NCBI GenBank assembly: GCA_964419255.1
Contig: CAYQOU010000013.1
Span: 3,684 to 67,683 of the forward strand
Source: an uncultured Fibrobacterota bacterium
GTDB lineage: Bacteria; Fibrobacterota; Chitinivibrionia; Chitinivibrionales; CAYFVL01
DNA length: 64,000 bases
Reading direction: 5' to 3'
The notes beneath the pieces were generated by a model that made no database searches, was not told the DNA's origin, and saw only the letters and a list, made by a program, of their open reading frames with translations. Shown one piece after another: positions 38,821 through 47,964 of this stretch; positions within the stretch are counted from its first letter, which is position 1, and each line of letters starts with the position of its first letter. The translations under genes were made by a program, and so were the position numbers.

Positions 38821-39975
38821 TTGCAAATGCTGTGGCATCGCAAAGCAAAAGATTTGTTCTGGCAGACACTTTACTTTTGCGGGGGTTTTGAGCTGCTGCA
38901 TTGTCTGTACGGCTCCGCCAAGGTATTGATGTATCACCGGTTTGACCACAAATCCACTTTTAGAAAAATCAGCAAACAGACCTTCGAATCTCAGTTGCGA
39001 ATGCTTTTGAAACGTTTCAGGGTTATTTCCCTCGCCGAGTATACAGCCATTATCAGATCAGGAAGACTCCCCGACCCCGATACGCTTGTGCTGACTTTCG
39101 ATGACGGGTATCAAGACTTCTATTATTATGCCTTTCCCATTCTGCAAAAATACGGTCTGCCTGCAACCCTTTTTGTCACCACCGGCTTTATCGACGGCGA
39201 TTTCTGGATGTGGCCCGATATGATCGAATACATTGTTTTGCACAGTCCGAAAAGTCTTATCCATCTGCCGTTAAACGGCGTTTATTTCCGTTTCAAACTG
39301 GACGACTACTTCTCCCGGATAAGCGCATGGAACACGATTGCCGATTACTGCCTGACAGTCAGCAATCCTGAAAAATTCCAGATCATCGATTCGGTGGCCA
39401 AAGTTTGCGATGTACGCATACCAATGGCGCCTTCGCCCGAGTACCAGGCGCTGAACTGGAATCAACTACGGTATATGGCTCAACACGACATAGAAGTAGG
39501 TTCTCACACGGTGACTCATCCAATATTAAGCAGAGTAGAGAAAGCCGAGGACCTTGTGTATGAGATACAACAATCAAAGAAAACAATTTCCGAGCAGCTC
39601 GACTGTGATGTCACCTCGTTTGCCTATCCAAACGGGAAAACCGGCGATTATACCGTGATTACCAAACAGGTGATAAAGAATGCCGGCTACCGGTGTGCGG
39701 TGGTAAGTTACCCCAACTCCTTGAATCCCAACACAAACGACATGTTCGAGCTGGGACGCAGTGCCGTCGGTGAAGACGATGTATGCTTTAAGAAAAAGCT
39801 TTACAATGTAGAACTGCCGTTTATCAGATATCTCCCATCGATACACTCTACCCTATGGTGTAAAAAAAACCAGAAATCGTTGATTGAACCCGAAAACATA
39901 CGCATCCAATCGCAGGCACAATTCTCTTTTCGAATGATTTCTCCTAAACATAAAGCAAACCAGAGGAAAATATGA
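38821..39975 (+). CDS. Polysaccharide deacetylase (NodB homology / CE4)
   Basis: 384-aa ORF with the motifs LVLTFDDGYQDFYYYAFPILQKYGLPATLFV and EVGSHTVTHPIL. The start is TTG 38821 or ATG 38827. Confidence 0.8.
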   Translation: MQMLWHRKAKDLFWQTLYFCGGFELLHCLYGSAKVLMYHRFDHKSTFRKISKQTFESQLRMLLKRFRVISLAEYTAIIRSGRLPDPDTLVLTFDDGYQDFYYYAFPILQKYGLPATLFVTTGFIDGDFWMWPDMIEYIVLHSPKSLIHLPLNGVYFRFKLDDYFSRISAWNTIADYCLTVSNPEKFQIIDSVAKVCDVRIPMAPSPEYQALNWNQLRYMAQHDIEVGSHTVTHPILSRVEKAEDLVYEIQQSKKTISEQLDCDVTSFAYPNGKTGDYTVITKQVIKNAGYRCAVVSYPNSLNPNTNDMFELGRSAVGEDDVCFKKKLYNVELPFIRYLPSIHSTLWCKKNQKSLIEPENIRIQSQAQFSFRMISPKHKANQRKI

Positions 39976-41021
39976 ACACACTATCTCCTCAGATAACCAG
40001 AGCAGTTTTGTCACAGGAAAAGGAACTGATTCATCATCTGTGGGCCAAAAATCTCAACACCGATGTAAGCAGCAGATTCTCATGGCTTTACGATGGGGAG
40101 CAGGCATCTGCCCCCTTCGTGTTTACCGCCAAGCTGCAGGAGTCTGGGGTTGTAGGAATGATTGCGCTCATGCGGCGTGGATTTTCCTTTCGCGAACGGG
40201 ATATCGTCGGCGGGCAAACCATAGATTTTCTTGTGGATAAAGAATATCGCAATCTTTTCACAGCACTTAATCTTCAGAAAAGAGCGGTGCAGGCAGCCGG
40301 AGAAATGAATATCGGGTTGATCTACGGATTTCCCAACAAGAAAAGCGAACCTGTACAGAAGCACATTGGCTTTAAAGATATCGGGGTCTTTCAGCGTTGG
40401 GTCAAGGTGCTTCATACCGAGCAGCAGATAAGCAAGATGGTAAAGAGCAGCCACGCGGCCAAGCCACTTTCCGCCGCCGCAGATCTTGCCCTGCACATCG
40501 GTTCGCGCGAATTCTGGCACTCCCACAACAGACACATTCATGCCTCGATCGAGCAGGGCTTTGAGCATGGTTTTGACGAGCTCTGGAAATCGGTAAAGAG
40601 ACACTATCCGCTTATCGGAGAAAGAAACACCGGCTTTCTCTCATGGCGATTCGATAACTGCCCCCACCGCAAGTATCGCACCTTCTGCATACGTGATGAT
40701 GAGAAGAATCTTCTGGCTTATGCGATCTTTCATCAACAGAAGGATCGTATTTATGTTTCCGATTTTCTGGCCCGGGACGAGCACTGTCTCGATCAGCTTC
40801 TGGTGCAGCTTAACACTCTGATGAGGCGCTCGGTGGCCTCTTCGGTGTCCGTGCGATTCTTCGGCTGCTCGGAGGTTGAGGAGATCCTGAGCCGAAACGG
40901 GTTTATGAAACGGCCCAGTGAGGAGAGACTGCTTGTGTATGCAGCGCCCGATCAGGCGTTCGGCTCATATGTCTCAAAAAAGCAGGCATGGTATATGACT
41001 GAGGCGGATCATGACACCTGA
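39972..41021 (+). CDS. GNAT / FemAB-like acyltransferase-fold protein
   Basis: 349-aa ORF, translationally coupled to the deacetylase gene (ATGA). It shows a two-lobed GNAT-like pattern (GGQTIDFLVDKEYRN...GLIYGFPNKKSEPV). The assignment is weak. Confidence 0.45.
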   Translation: MNTLSPQITRAVLSQEKELIHHLWAKNLNTDVSSRFSWLYDGEQASAPFVFTAKLQESGVVGMIALMRRGFSFRERDIVGGQTIDFLVDKEYRNLFTALNLQKRAVQAAGEMNIGLIYGFPNKKSEPVQKHIGFKDIGVFQRWVKVLHTEQQISKMVKSSHAAKPLSAAADLALHIGSREFWHSHNRHIHASIEQGFEHGFDELWKSVKRHYPLIGERNTGFLSWRFDNCPHRKYRTFCIRDDEKNLLAYAIFHQQKDRIYVSDFLARDEHCLDQLLVQLNTLMRRSVASSVSVRFFGCSEVEEILSRNGFMKRPSEERLLVYAAPDQAFGSYVSKKQAWYMTEADHDT

Positions 41022-41096
41022 GCGGACAATGTATTTTTTCATACTGTCTTCATTTATTCCAGGTTACGGATTTACCGCCGCGGGGGGAAGATTTCC

Positions 41097-42116
41097 ATGG
41101 TAGAAAACCACGAAAACGAACTGAAACAACTAAAAGAGCAGCTGTCGCAGATGGATATTCATGAAGTCCGCCGGCTCCTTCACCAAACCGATAAAGAAAA
41201 CCAGCCCCGACGCTACAACCTGCTCAAAGATCATCTCTATAATATGGAGGAGATCCGGGAAGGATTGCAGGGCAGAAAACAGACTCCTCCTCAGAAATAT
41301 CCGGCACTTGGTAATGCGTTGCTGTTACTTCTTTTGCTGATAGTCATTCAGCTGGGAGTAACCTCTACTGCTCAGTGGCTTCTGAGCCGAGCCGGTGTTG
41401 CGATCTCCAACACGATCGATCTAGTGGTGGCCGGTGTTGCCAATCTGTTGGCTTTTGCCGCGGTAATCCTATATGGACTGAGAAAAACCGACACAGGCAA
41501 CGGTACTGCACTATTTGCACATTCGTTTTCGCCCTACACGATTATACCAGTGCTGGTCTCGGTTGCCGGTTTAAGTATAATCGGCTCGGAGATAGATAAC
41601 CTCATACGCCATCTTCTCCCCCCACCCGAGGCGATTCAAAGAATTATGCAGGATATGGCCGACGCGGGACCCGCTGGTATGTTTACCCTGGTGGTGGTCG
41701 CACCATTTACCGAGGAGCTTCTATTCAGAGGCCTTTTCCTTCGTGGCTTTGAGCGAAACTACGGAAGAAAGGGAGCCATATTTACTGCGGCACTTCTATT
41801 TGCGCTTATTCATCTTAATCCCTACCAGATGATACCCGCCTTTCTGGCGGGTCTTTTCCTGGGATGGATTACGCTGGGAAGCGGATCGGTGTGGCCGGCA
41901 ATCATAGCCCATGCCGCCACTAACGGCATGCTGCTTTTTGTCACCTGGCTTAATCCCGATATTCCGGGGGTGATTCACAGAGAACAACTCGAGTATCATC
42001 CGCTGTGGCTGGATGCGGCGGGAGTGGTTCTACTGGTTGCGGGGATTTTGTGGCTGGGCAAAGAATTCCACGGGGAAGAGAGAGTAGGTAAAAGCCACTT
42101 CGTCGATACGCCTTGA
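41097..42116 (+). CDS. CPBP (CAAX/Abi) family intramembrane metalloprotease with an N-terminal coiled-coil extension
   Basis: 339-aa ORF with the motifs APFTEELLFRGLFLRGF, FALIHLNP and IIAHAATNG. Confidence 0.8.
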   Translation: MVENHENELKQLKEQLSQMDIHEVRRLLHQTDKENQPRRYNLLKDHLYNMEEIREGLQGRKQTPPQKYPALGNALLLLLLLIVIQLGVTSTAQWLLSRAGVAISNTIDLVVAGVANLLAFAAVILYGLRKTDTGNGTALFAHSFSPYTIIPVLVSVAGLSIIGSEIDNLIRHLLPPPEAIQRIMQDMADAGPAGMFTLVVVAPFTEELLFRGLFLRGFERNYGRKGAIFTAALLFALIHLNPYQMIPAFLAGLFLGWITLGSGSVWPAIIAHAATNGMLLFVTWLNPDIPGVIHREQLEYHPLWLDAAGVVLLVAGILWLGKEFHGEERVGKSHFVDTP

Positions 42117-42252
42117 AAGACCGAATTGCCCCGGTCAAAACCGCATCAAGCAAAAAAACTTTTACTCTTTATGCATCTCGACTCGTTTAGTATATTACTA
42201 AAGGGAGATTCGGGAGAATACCCGGATTCACACTATCGATAGAGAAATAACC

Positions 42253-42363
42253 ATGAATTTTTCTTACAATACATATACCGATAGATCCACAAACGAGGAA
42301 GCTGCCGTATCTTCTTTCTCATCTCTATCACTATACCTATTCCTCCTGTATTTGTTTCTATGA
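42253..42363 (+). CDS. Candidate Leu-rich leader peptide (36 aa) of leuA
   Basis: The ORF runs from ATG 42253 to TGA 42363: MNFSYNTYTDRSTNEEAAVSSFSSLSLYLFLLYLFL. Seven of the last 12 codons are Leu (CTA x4, CTC, CTG, TTG). It is too short to appear in the ORF track, and its SD is weak. Confidence 0.45.
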   Translation: MNFSYNTYTDRSTNEEAAVSSFSSLSLYLFLLYLFL

Positions 42364-42407
42364 AGCACGAGCGGCACATATAGTTACACAAGAAGATAAT
42401 CAAACTC

Positions 42408-42438
42408 AAGCCCGCTCTAAAAAGCGGGCTTTTTTTTT
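42408..42438 (+). terminator. Intrinsic terminator (attenuator) immediately upstream of the leuA RBS
   Basis: The stem is AAGCCCGCT (42408-42416) paired with AGCGGGCTT (42423-42431), with nine consecutive T at 42430-42438. The leuA AGGAGG lies at 42440-42445 and the ATG at 42452. Confidence 0.7.
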
Positions 42439-42451
42439 CAGGAGGAAATTC

Positions 42452-44167
42452 ATGTTTATACCAAATAAATATCAGGCTTTCGAATCGATTTCACTTGAGA
42501 ATCGTCAGTGGCCATCCAAGACGATCACAGAGGCGCCGCGGTGGTGTAGTGTCGATCTTCGGGATGGCAATCAGGCGTTGATTAACCCGATGAGCAGGGC
42601 GCAGAAGATGCGTTTTTTTGAGATACTGGTGCAGGCAGGGTTCAAAGAAATAGAGATCGGCTTCCCCTCGGCCTCTCAGATTGAATTCGATTTCAGCAGA
42701 GATCTGATCGATGGAAACAGGATACCCGATGATGTCTCGATACAGATCCTGACACAGGCACGGGAGCATCTCATTGCGCGAAGCTTCGAGGCGGTGAAGG
42801 GATCTAAAAGGGCAATAATCCATGTGTACAACTCCACTTCTCCGGCGCAAAGAGAGGTGGTTTTCCGTAAATCTCCAAAGGAGATAATCGACATCGCAAA
42901 GAAAGGGGTACGCCAGATTAAGGAACTGTCCCGGCGCACACAGACGGAGATCGTACTGGAGTACTCGCCGGAGAGTTTCTCTCAGACGGAGCTTCCGTTT
43001 GCCAAAGATATATGCGATGCGGTGATTGACACCTGGATGCCGCAAGGCGATGAGAAGGTGATAATAAATCTTCCTTCGACCGTTGAGGTGGCTTCCCCCA
43101 ACGTGTATGCCGATCAGATAGAGTGGATGAGCACCAGGATGCAAAACCGGAGACACGCAATCATAAGCGTCCATACCCATAACGATCGGGGATGCGCGGT
43201 GGCGGCAGCCGAGCTTGCGCAGATGGCCGGTGCACAGAGGGTGGAAGGAACCCTGTTTGGAAACGGAGAGAGAACCGGTAATACCGATCTGGTGACGCTT
43301 GCGTTTAATCTCTTCTCCCAGGGCATCGATCCACAACTGAACTTTTCGGATCCGGCCTCTGTGGTACAAACCTATATGGAGTGCACCGGTATGCCGATTC
43401 ATCCTCGTCACCCCTATGTAGGAGAGCTGGTATACACGGCATTTTCCGGCTCGCATCAGGATGCGATCAGTAAGGGGTTAAACAGCTATCACCGTGGCGA
43501 CAATACAGTATGGAATATACCCTATCTGCCCATGGACCCACGGGATATCGGTCGCTCCTATGAGGCGATTATTCGTATCAACAGCCAGTCGGGCAAAGGC
43601 GGTGCGGCATACATACTCGAAAATAGGTTCGGATATCGTCTGCCCAGGGTAATGCATCCGGAATTCGGCGGTATCATACAGAAGACTGCCGACCTGAAAG
43701 GGTGTGAACTTACAGCTAAACAGGTACACGACTGTTTTCAGATGGAATATATCAAAAGAGACACTCCCTTTTCTCTTCACACCCTTCAGAGTTTGGGTCA
43801 GAAGGAGCAGACAGCGGGTGATGATGGGCCGATAAGCATATCAGCACAGGTGAAACATGATAACACGATCATGCAGATTACGGGCCAGGGAAACGGCGTG
43901 CTGGATGCGTTTGCCGCAGCACTTAAGCAAAATGGGGTGCCCCCGTTTCGTCTGCTCAGCTATGACGAGCATTCGTTGCAGGAGGGGTCAAACGCCCAGG
44001 CGGTATGCTACATACGCATTGAGGTGCAGGACGGGGGTCACTACTTCGGCGTGGGAGTCGATACCGATATCGCCCGTGCGTCGGCCAGGGCGCTTGTAAG
44101 CGCAATCAACCGATCATACCCAAAAAGGTCACGTAGATGTACTGTAGCTGCAAAGGGAGTGTGCTAA
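42452..44167 (+). CDS. leuA: 2-isopropylmalate synthase (long, LeuA type 2)
   Basis: 571-aa ORF with RWCSVDLRDGNQALINPM, VHTHNDRGCAVAAAELA and GERTGNTDL, followed by a C-terminal LeuA dimerisation/regulatory domain. Confidence 0.9.
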   Translation: MFIPNKYQAFESISLENRQWPSKTITEAPRWCSVDLRDGNQALINPMSRAQKMRFFEILVQAGFKEIEIGFPSASQIEFDFSRDLIDGNRIPDDVSIQILTQAREHLIARSFEAVKGSKRAIIHVYNSTSPAQREVVFRKSPKEIIDIAKKGVRQIKELSRRTQTEIVLEYSPESFSQTELPFAKDICDAVIDTWMPQGDEKVIINLPSTVEVASPNVYADQIEWMSTRMQNRRHAIISVHTHNDRGCAVAAAELAQMAGAQRVEGTLFGNGERTGNTDLVTLAFNLFSQGIDPQLNFSDPASVVQTYMECTGMPIHPRHPYVGELVYTAFSGSHQDAISKGLNSYHRGDNTVWNIPYLPMDPRDIGRSYEAIIRINSQSGKGGAAYILENRFGYRLPRVMHPEFGGIIQKTADLKGCELTAKQVHDCFQMEYIKRDTPFSLHTLQSLGQKEQTAGDDGPISISAQVKHDNTIMQITGQGNGVLDAFAAALKQNGVPPFRLLSYDEHSLQEGSNAQAVCYIRIEVQDGGHYFGVGVDTDIARASARALVSAINRSYPKRSRRCTVAAKGVC

Positions 44168-44288
44168 GCGAGTGATTATACCGCATGCTCCCTGTACCGT
44201 GTATGGTTTTTCCGCATGAAAACATGCGTTAAGTATGTTTCTATGAAAGTGAGAAGTATGTTAGCATATATTTGTAAACTTTAGAGCG

Positions 44289-44321
44289 GATTCTCGGGTA
44301 GTAGACTCAAATCCGAGAATC
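44289..44321 (+). other. Stable stem-loop downstream of leuA with no U-tract
   Basis: GATTCTCGG (44289-44297) and CCGAGAATC (44313-44321) form a perfect 9-bp stem with a 15-nt loop. Confidence 0.35.
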
Positions 44322-44422
44322 AAAGATCAATGAATCTGAACGAATTTCGAAAATCGTGCAATAACCATTTGAAAAATACGAATTAAAAATGTATAATTAT
44401 TTATAGGAAGGAAAACACACAG

Positions 44423-44548
44423 ATGCTTTTACCACTCTTCTTCAGCCTGCTTATGTTCTCAAGCATAGTGTTCCTGCGCATTTTTCGCAAACCGGCTCCG
44501 GTTTATCTAAAAGCCGTAAAGCGCTGCGGTTATTTTGTCGAAAAATAG
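44423..44548 (+). CDS. Possible 41-aa hydrophobic small protein
   Basis: MLLPLFFSLLMFSSIVFLRIFRKPAPVYLKAVKRCGYFVEK, with AGGAAGGA located ~10 nt upstream. The only support is the ORF and the SD. Confidence 0.25.
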   Translation: MLLPLFFSLLMFSSIVFLRIFRKPAPVYLKAVKRCGYFVEK

Positions 44549-44600
44549 TACTGTAAGTCTCTGCAAAACGTTTGTTCTTGAAAATCAGGAGGTCTTCCCC

Positions 44601-44759
44601 ATGACTGAGAAGTCTATCGATTCCAACCGCCTTTTTTACGGTCGCCCAAACAGAAAAGAAAGTATCGATAAAGATGAGGTTATCAGTCTCAAGATCGATC
44701 TGGAAGTGCTCGACATCGACCAGATGTATAAGAAGTACTTTGAGCTCATGGACGATTAA
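44601..44759 (+). CDS. Possible 52-aa acidic small protein
   Basis: MTEKSIDSNRLFYGRPNRKESIDKDEVISLKIDLEVLDIDQMYKKYFELMDD. A strong AGGAGG lies 7 nt upstream of ATG 44601, and the third-position bias resembles that of neighbouring genes. It competes with an antisense 110-aa ORF that lacks an SD. Confidence 0.35.
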   Translation: MTEKSIDSNRLFYGRPNRKESIDKDEVISLKIDLEVLDIDQMYKKYFELMDD

Positions 44760-44881
44760 ATCTTCCATCTCTCCCATACTCAAGGGAACCGGTCCGGGTT
44801 ACTCACACGCCGTTTTTTCAGACACATAGTCTCATCGTACATGTACAAAGAATGTTACTTCTCATATACAAGTCATTTATC

Positions 44882-44911
44882 TTGACACAGAAAGTGCCGA
44901 TTTTGTATAAT
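44882..44911 (+). promoter_or_regulatory. Sigma-70-consensus-like promoter upstream of ablA
   Basis: TTGACA (44882-44887), an 18-nt spacer, then TATAAT (44906-44911). This would give a ~230-nt leader before ablA. Whether this organism uses sigma-70 consensus promoters is unknown. Confidence 0.35.
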
Positions 44912-45142
44912 TAGAACCGTAGATATTGACAGTGAAACGACAATACTATATTCCTCTTTTTCCTCTGTGAACTAAAAACCAGCGGCACCTCTTTTACGAA
45001 TCGAACATGAATAATAATCCGGATAGGACATGTGGCTGTATAGATGATGACATACATTTTGATCTCATCTCCCCCCCGACCGGCCGTCTCTGATCCTCTC
45101 CGTCACAATAGAGTAGTCTTACTACCATACAAAGGAGATAAT

Positions 45143-46495
45143 ATGCCATTGACTCAACAACGTGAAATGGAAATAACCCGCAAGATCCACCCCGATCACA
45201 ATAAATCTCACTGGCGTGACTGGAAATGGCAGATGAGACATGCGATTAAAGATATCGATACGTTCGAAGAGCTTACCGGTATCAAATTTACCGACAAGGA
45301 GAAAAAGGAATACCATAAAGTTTTGGATAAATTTCCTCTCTCCATTACCCCCTATTATCTGAGTCTGATCGAGAAAGACAATTACAAGTATGATCCGATT
45401 TTCCTGCAGTCCTTCCCGACGGTACACGAACTGCAGATCGATCTGCACGACCTTCGTGATCCACTTGCAGAGGATAAGGACAGTCCGGTACCCGGTATTA
45501 CCCATCGCTATCCCGACAGAGTGCTGTTTCATGTCAGCAACACCTGCTCGATGTATTGCCGGCACTGCACCCGCAAGAGAAAAGTGGGAGATATGGACTC
45601 TATACCCGGTTCCGATGAAATGAAGCAGGGTATCGAATACATCAGGAACAATCCTATGGTCCGTGATGTTCTGCTTTCAGGGGGCGATCCTTTCCTCCTT
45701 TCGGATAAGAAACTTGACTGGCTTCTGGGGGAAATAAGCGCCATCGAGCATGTGGAAATTATCCGTATAGGAACCAGAACACCGGTTGTGCTTCCCTACC
45801 GTATCACCGATGAGCTGGTGGAGGTGCTGAAGAAGCATCATCCCGTGTGGATCAATACGCATTTCAATCACCCCCGCGAAATGTCTGCCGCCTCAAAGGA
45901 TGCGTTGCGCAAACTTGCCGATGCCGGTGTACCGCTGGGTAACCAGACCGTGCTGCTTGCCGGTGTCAACGACTGTCCTCGAATCATCCGTCGCCTGGTC
46001 CACAATCTTGTGGCCAACAGAGTCCGTCCGTACTACCTGTATCAGTGTGACCTCTCCGAAGGACTTACCCATTTCCGGACACCGGTGGGAAAAGGTATAG
46101 AGATAATCGAAAGCCTGATCGGACACACCAGCGGATTTGCCGTACCCACCTATGTCATTGACGCTCCGGGTGGTGGCGGGAAGATTCCGGTGATGCCACA
46201 GTATCTGATCTCGCTGTCCACAAACAAGGTGGTGCTGCGTAACTACGAAGGTATGATCACCACCTATAAGGAGCCCGATTCATACGAACCGCAATTCTGC
46301 GACCGCAACTGTGAGACCTGTAAGCTGCAACTCAAACTCGAGGGTACGGAGTCGGAAGACGCCAAGAGTATAGGTATCGAGATGCTTTTGGCCGATCATG
46401 ACGATACCATCTCACTTGTTCCCGAGAACAACGATCGTATGTCCCGTCGCGATGAAGATGGAGACGAAGACTTCGATATTGATACCAAGGAGTAA
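45143..46495 (+). CDS. ablA: Lysine 2,3-aminomutase (radical SAM, KamA/AblA)
   Basis: Motifs present are [37 protein letters not shown] and [18 protein letters not shown] lies 6 nt before ATG 45143. The track ORF starts earlier, at 45044. Confidence 0.85.
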   Translation: MPLTQQREMEITRKIHPDHNKSHWRDWKWQMRHAIKDIDTFEELTGIKFTDKEKKEYHKVLDKFPLSITPYYLSLIEKDNYKYDPIFLQSFPTVHELQIDLHDLRDPLAEDKDSPVPGITHRYPDRVLFHVSNTCSMYCRHCTRKRKVGDMDSIPGSDEMKQGIEYIRNNPMVRDVLLSGGDPFLLSDKKLDWLLGEISAIEHVEIIRIGTRTPVVLPYRITDELVEVLKKHHPVWINTHFNHPREMSAASKDALRKLADAGVPLGNQTVLLAGVNDCPRIIRRLVHNLVANRVRPYYLYQCDLSEGLTHFRTPVGKGIEIIESLIGHTSGFAVPTYVIDAPGGGGKIPVMPQYLISLSTNKVVLRNYEGMITTYKEPDSYEPQFCDRNCETCKLQLKLEGTESEDAKSIGIEMLLADHDDTISLVPENNDRMSRRDEDGDEDFDIDTKE

Positions 46496-46497
46496 GT

Positions 46498-47964
46498 ATG
46501 AGATGGGCGCCTCACCTGGTTTCTCTGCTTTTACTCTCGTTTAGTTTTCTATTTCAAACCGTCTGGGCGGTGACCGGGGATTTCTCGGTCGCCCTCACCG
46601 GCAAATACCCTCCTTTCAGTTTCTACGATGAAAATGGGAATCTTTCCGGTTTCGATGTCGATGTTTCCCGGGCGATAGCCGACGATCTCAACCAGCCGCT
46701 GAAGATAGTCATCACCGAATGGGACGGTATCCTCGCCGGTCTTCTCACCGGGAAATTCGATGCAATCATCGGCTCCATGGCCATAACCGAGGAGCGGGCA
46801 AAGAAAGTCGATTTTTCTCTTCCCTACTACGAATCCGGGGCACAGGTCTTTGTGCACCAGGACGATATGGCCAGTATTGAAGGCATAGAAGATCTGGCCG
46901 GCCGTAAAGTGGGGGTGGTGCTTGGCGAAACGTATGAGCATTATCTTCGAAAAAATCATCCCGAAATTTCCATAGTTGCATACAAAAGCACGGTCGACAT
47001 ATTTCAGGACATGAAAAATGACCGTCTCAGCGGCTTTCTCAGCGACCGACTGGTGGGAATGTACCAGATCAAGTCGTCATCCATGCCCTTTGTGCCCGCA
47101 GGTGACCTTCTTTACAGCGAACAGATGGGCATTCCGGTGCAAAAAGATCGGCCGGAGCTTCTCGATGCCATAAACGCATCACTGAGTCGCCTCAAATCCG
47201 ACGGTACGCTAGACCAGATCCACATCAAATGGTTCGGTTCGGCCAAAAAAGACAATGCCGTCGCAACAACAACCTCGGCGGGCTCGGCTGGCAAATCGGT
47301 GTCAAGTGCATCCATTCAATCCGGAACCGTGGTGTCGATGCTGGTGAAGGGGTTTGCCATTACCATCGGCGTGGCATTTCTCTCCCTTCTTCTGGGTTTT
47401 GCCCTTGCTATTCCCGCCGGCATTATCCTGCATGCAGAACCACGGGGATGGTACCAGGCATTTCGGGCGATAATCGATTTTATACGCGGGACGCCGGTGC
47501 TGATTCAGCTGTTTTTCGTCTACTTTGGAGCTCCGCAGATCGGTATTTCACTCTCCCCGATCACCTCGGCGATTATTACCCTGACGGTAAATTCTTCCGC
47601 ATACATGTCGGAGGTTATCCGTTCTGGACTGATGGCGGTCGACCGGGGGCAGACGTTTGCTACTCAGGCACTGGGACTCACGCGCCTGCAGTCCTTTGGC
47701 TACGTGATCTGGCCGCAGGCCTTTCGGGTTGCTATGCCTCCGCTGGTCAATTCGGCGGTAGCACTGCTCAAGGACACCGCGCTTATTTCAGTGATTTCTG
47801 TCAGTGAAATTATCCGGGAAGCTCAATCGATTATATCGGTGACCTATAACCCGATGAAATACTATCTGATCGTCGCCATTATGTTTTTCGTTCTGACCTA
47901 TCCGCTGATGAAACTTGCAGGAAGGCTGGAGAAGGTAATAAAAAGTAAAGGATTCACCGCATGA
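46498..47964 (+). CDS. ABC transporter: family-3 (polar amino acid) substrate-binding domain fused to the permease
   Basis: 488-aa ORF. After a signal peptide comes an SBP_bac_3-like domain (YPPFSFYDENGNLSGFDVDV...DAIIGSMAITEERAKKVDFSLPYY), then 5-6 TM segments containing the EAA-like loop (ATQALGLTRLQSFGYVIWPQA). Confidence 0.85.
   Translation: MRWAPHLVSLLLLSFSFLFQTVWAVTGDFSVALTGKYPPFSFYDENGNLSGFDVDVSRAIADDLNQPLKIVITEWDGILAGLLTGKFDAIIGSMAITEERAKKVDFSLPYYESGAQVFVHQDDMASIEGIEDLAGRKVGVVLGETYEHYLRKNHPEISIVAYKSTVDIFQDMKNDRLSGFLSDRLVGMYQIKSSSMPFVPAGDLLYSEQMGIPVQKDRPELLDAINASLSRLKSDGTLDQIHIKWFGSAKKDNAVATTTSAGSAGKSVSSASIQSGTVVSMLVKGFAITIGVAFLSLLLGFALAIPAGIILHAEPRGWYQAFRAIIDFIRGTPVLIQLFFVYFGAPQIGISLSPITSAIITLTVNSSAYMSEVIRSGLMAVDRGQTFATQALGLTRLQSFGYVIWPQAFRVAMPPLVNSAVALLKDTALISVISVSEIIREAQSIISVTYNPMKYYLIVAIMFFVLTYPLMKLAGRLEKVIKSKGFTA

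Noticed and set aside
38558-38891. Three overlapping ORFs (103, 97 and 68 aa) in the Wzy/deacetylase divergent region
   Set aside because: They are mutually exclusive, have no SD and show no family resemblance. The region is more plausibly a pair of divergent promoters.
42491-43456. 321-aa antisense ORF, and smaller ones, opposite leuA
   Set aside because: leuA is unambiguous on the plus strand. The antisense translation is Arg/His/Leu-rich with no motifs.
44451-44783. 110-aa minus-strand ORF overlapping both plus-strand mini-ORFs
   Set aside because: It has a TTG start, no SD and no motif. The plus-strand 52-codon ORF has a canonical AGGAGG and a gene-like codon bias. Neither ORF is proven.
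44601-46495. The idea that the 52-aa ORF is a RiPP precursor and the radical-SAM enzyme is its maturase
   Set aside because: The enzyme has the full lysine 2,3-aminomutase motif set (CxxxCxxC in the KamA context, the lysine-binding Asp contexts YQCDL and DAPGGGGK). It is also linked to an AblB-type GNAT. A 384-nt gap with a promoter-like element separates the mini-ORF from it.
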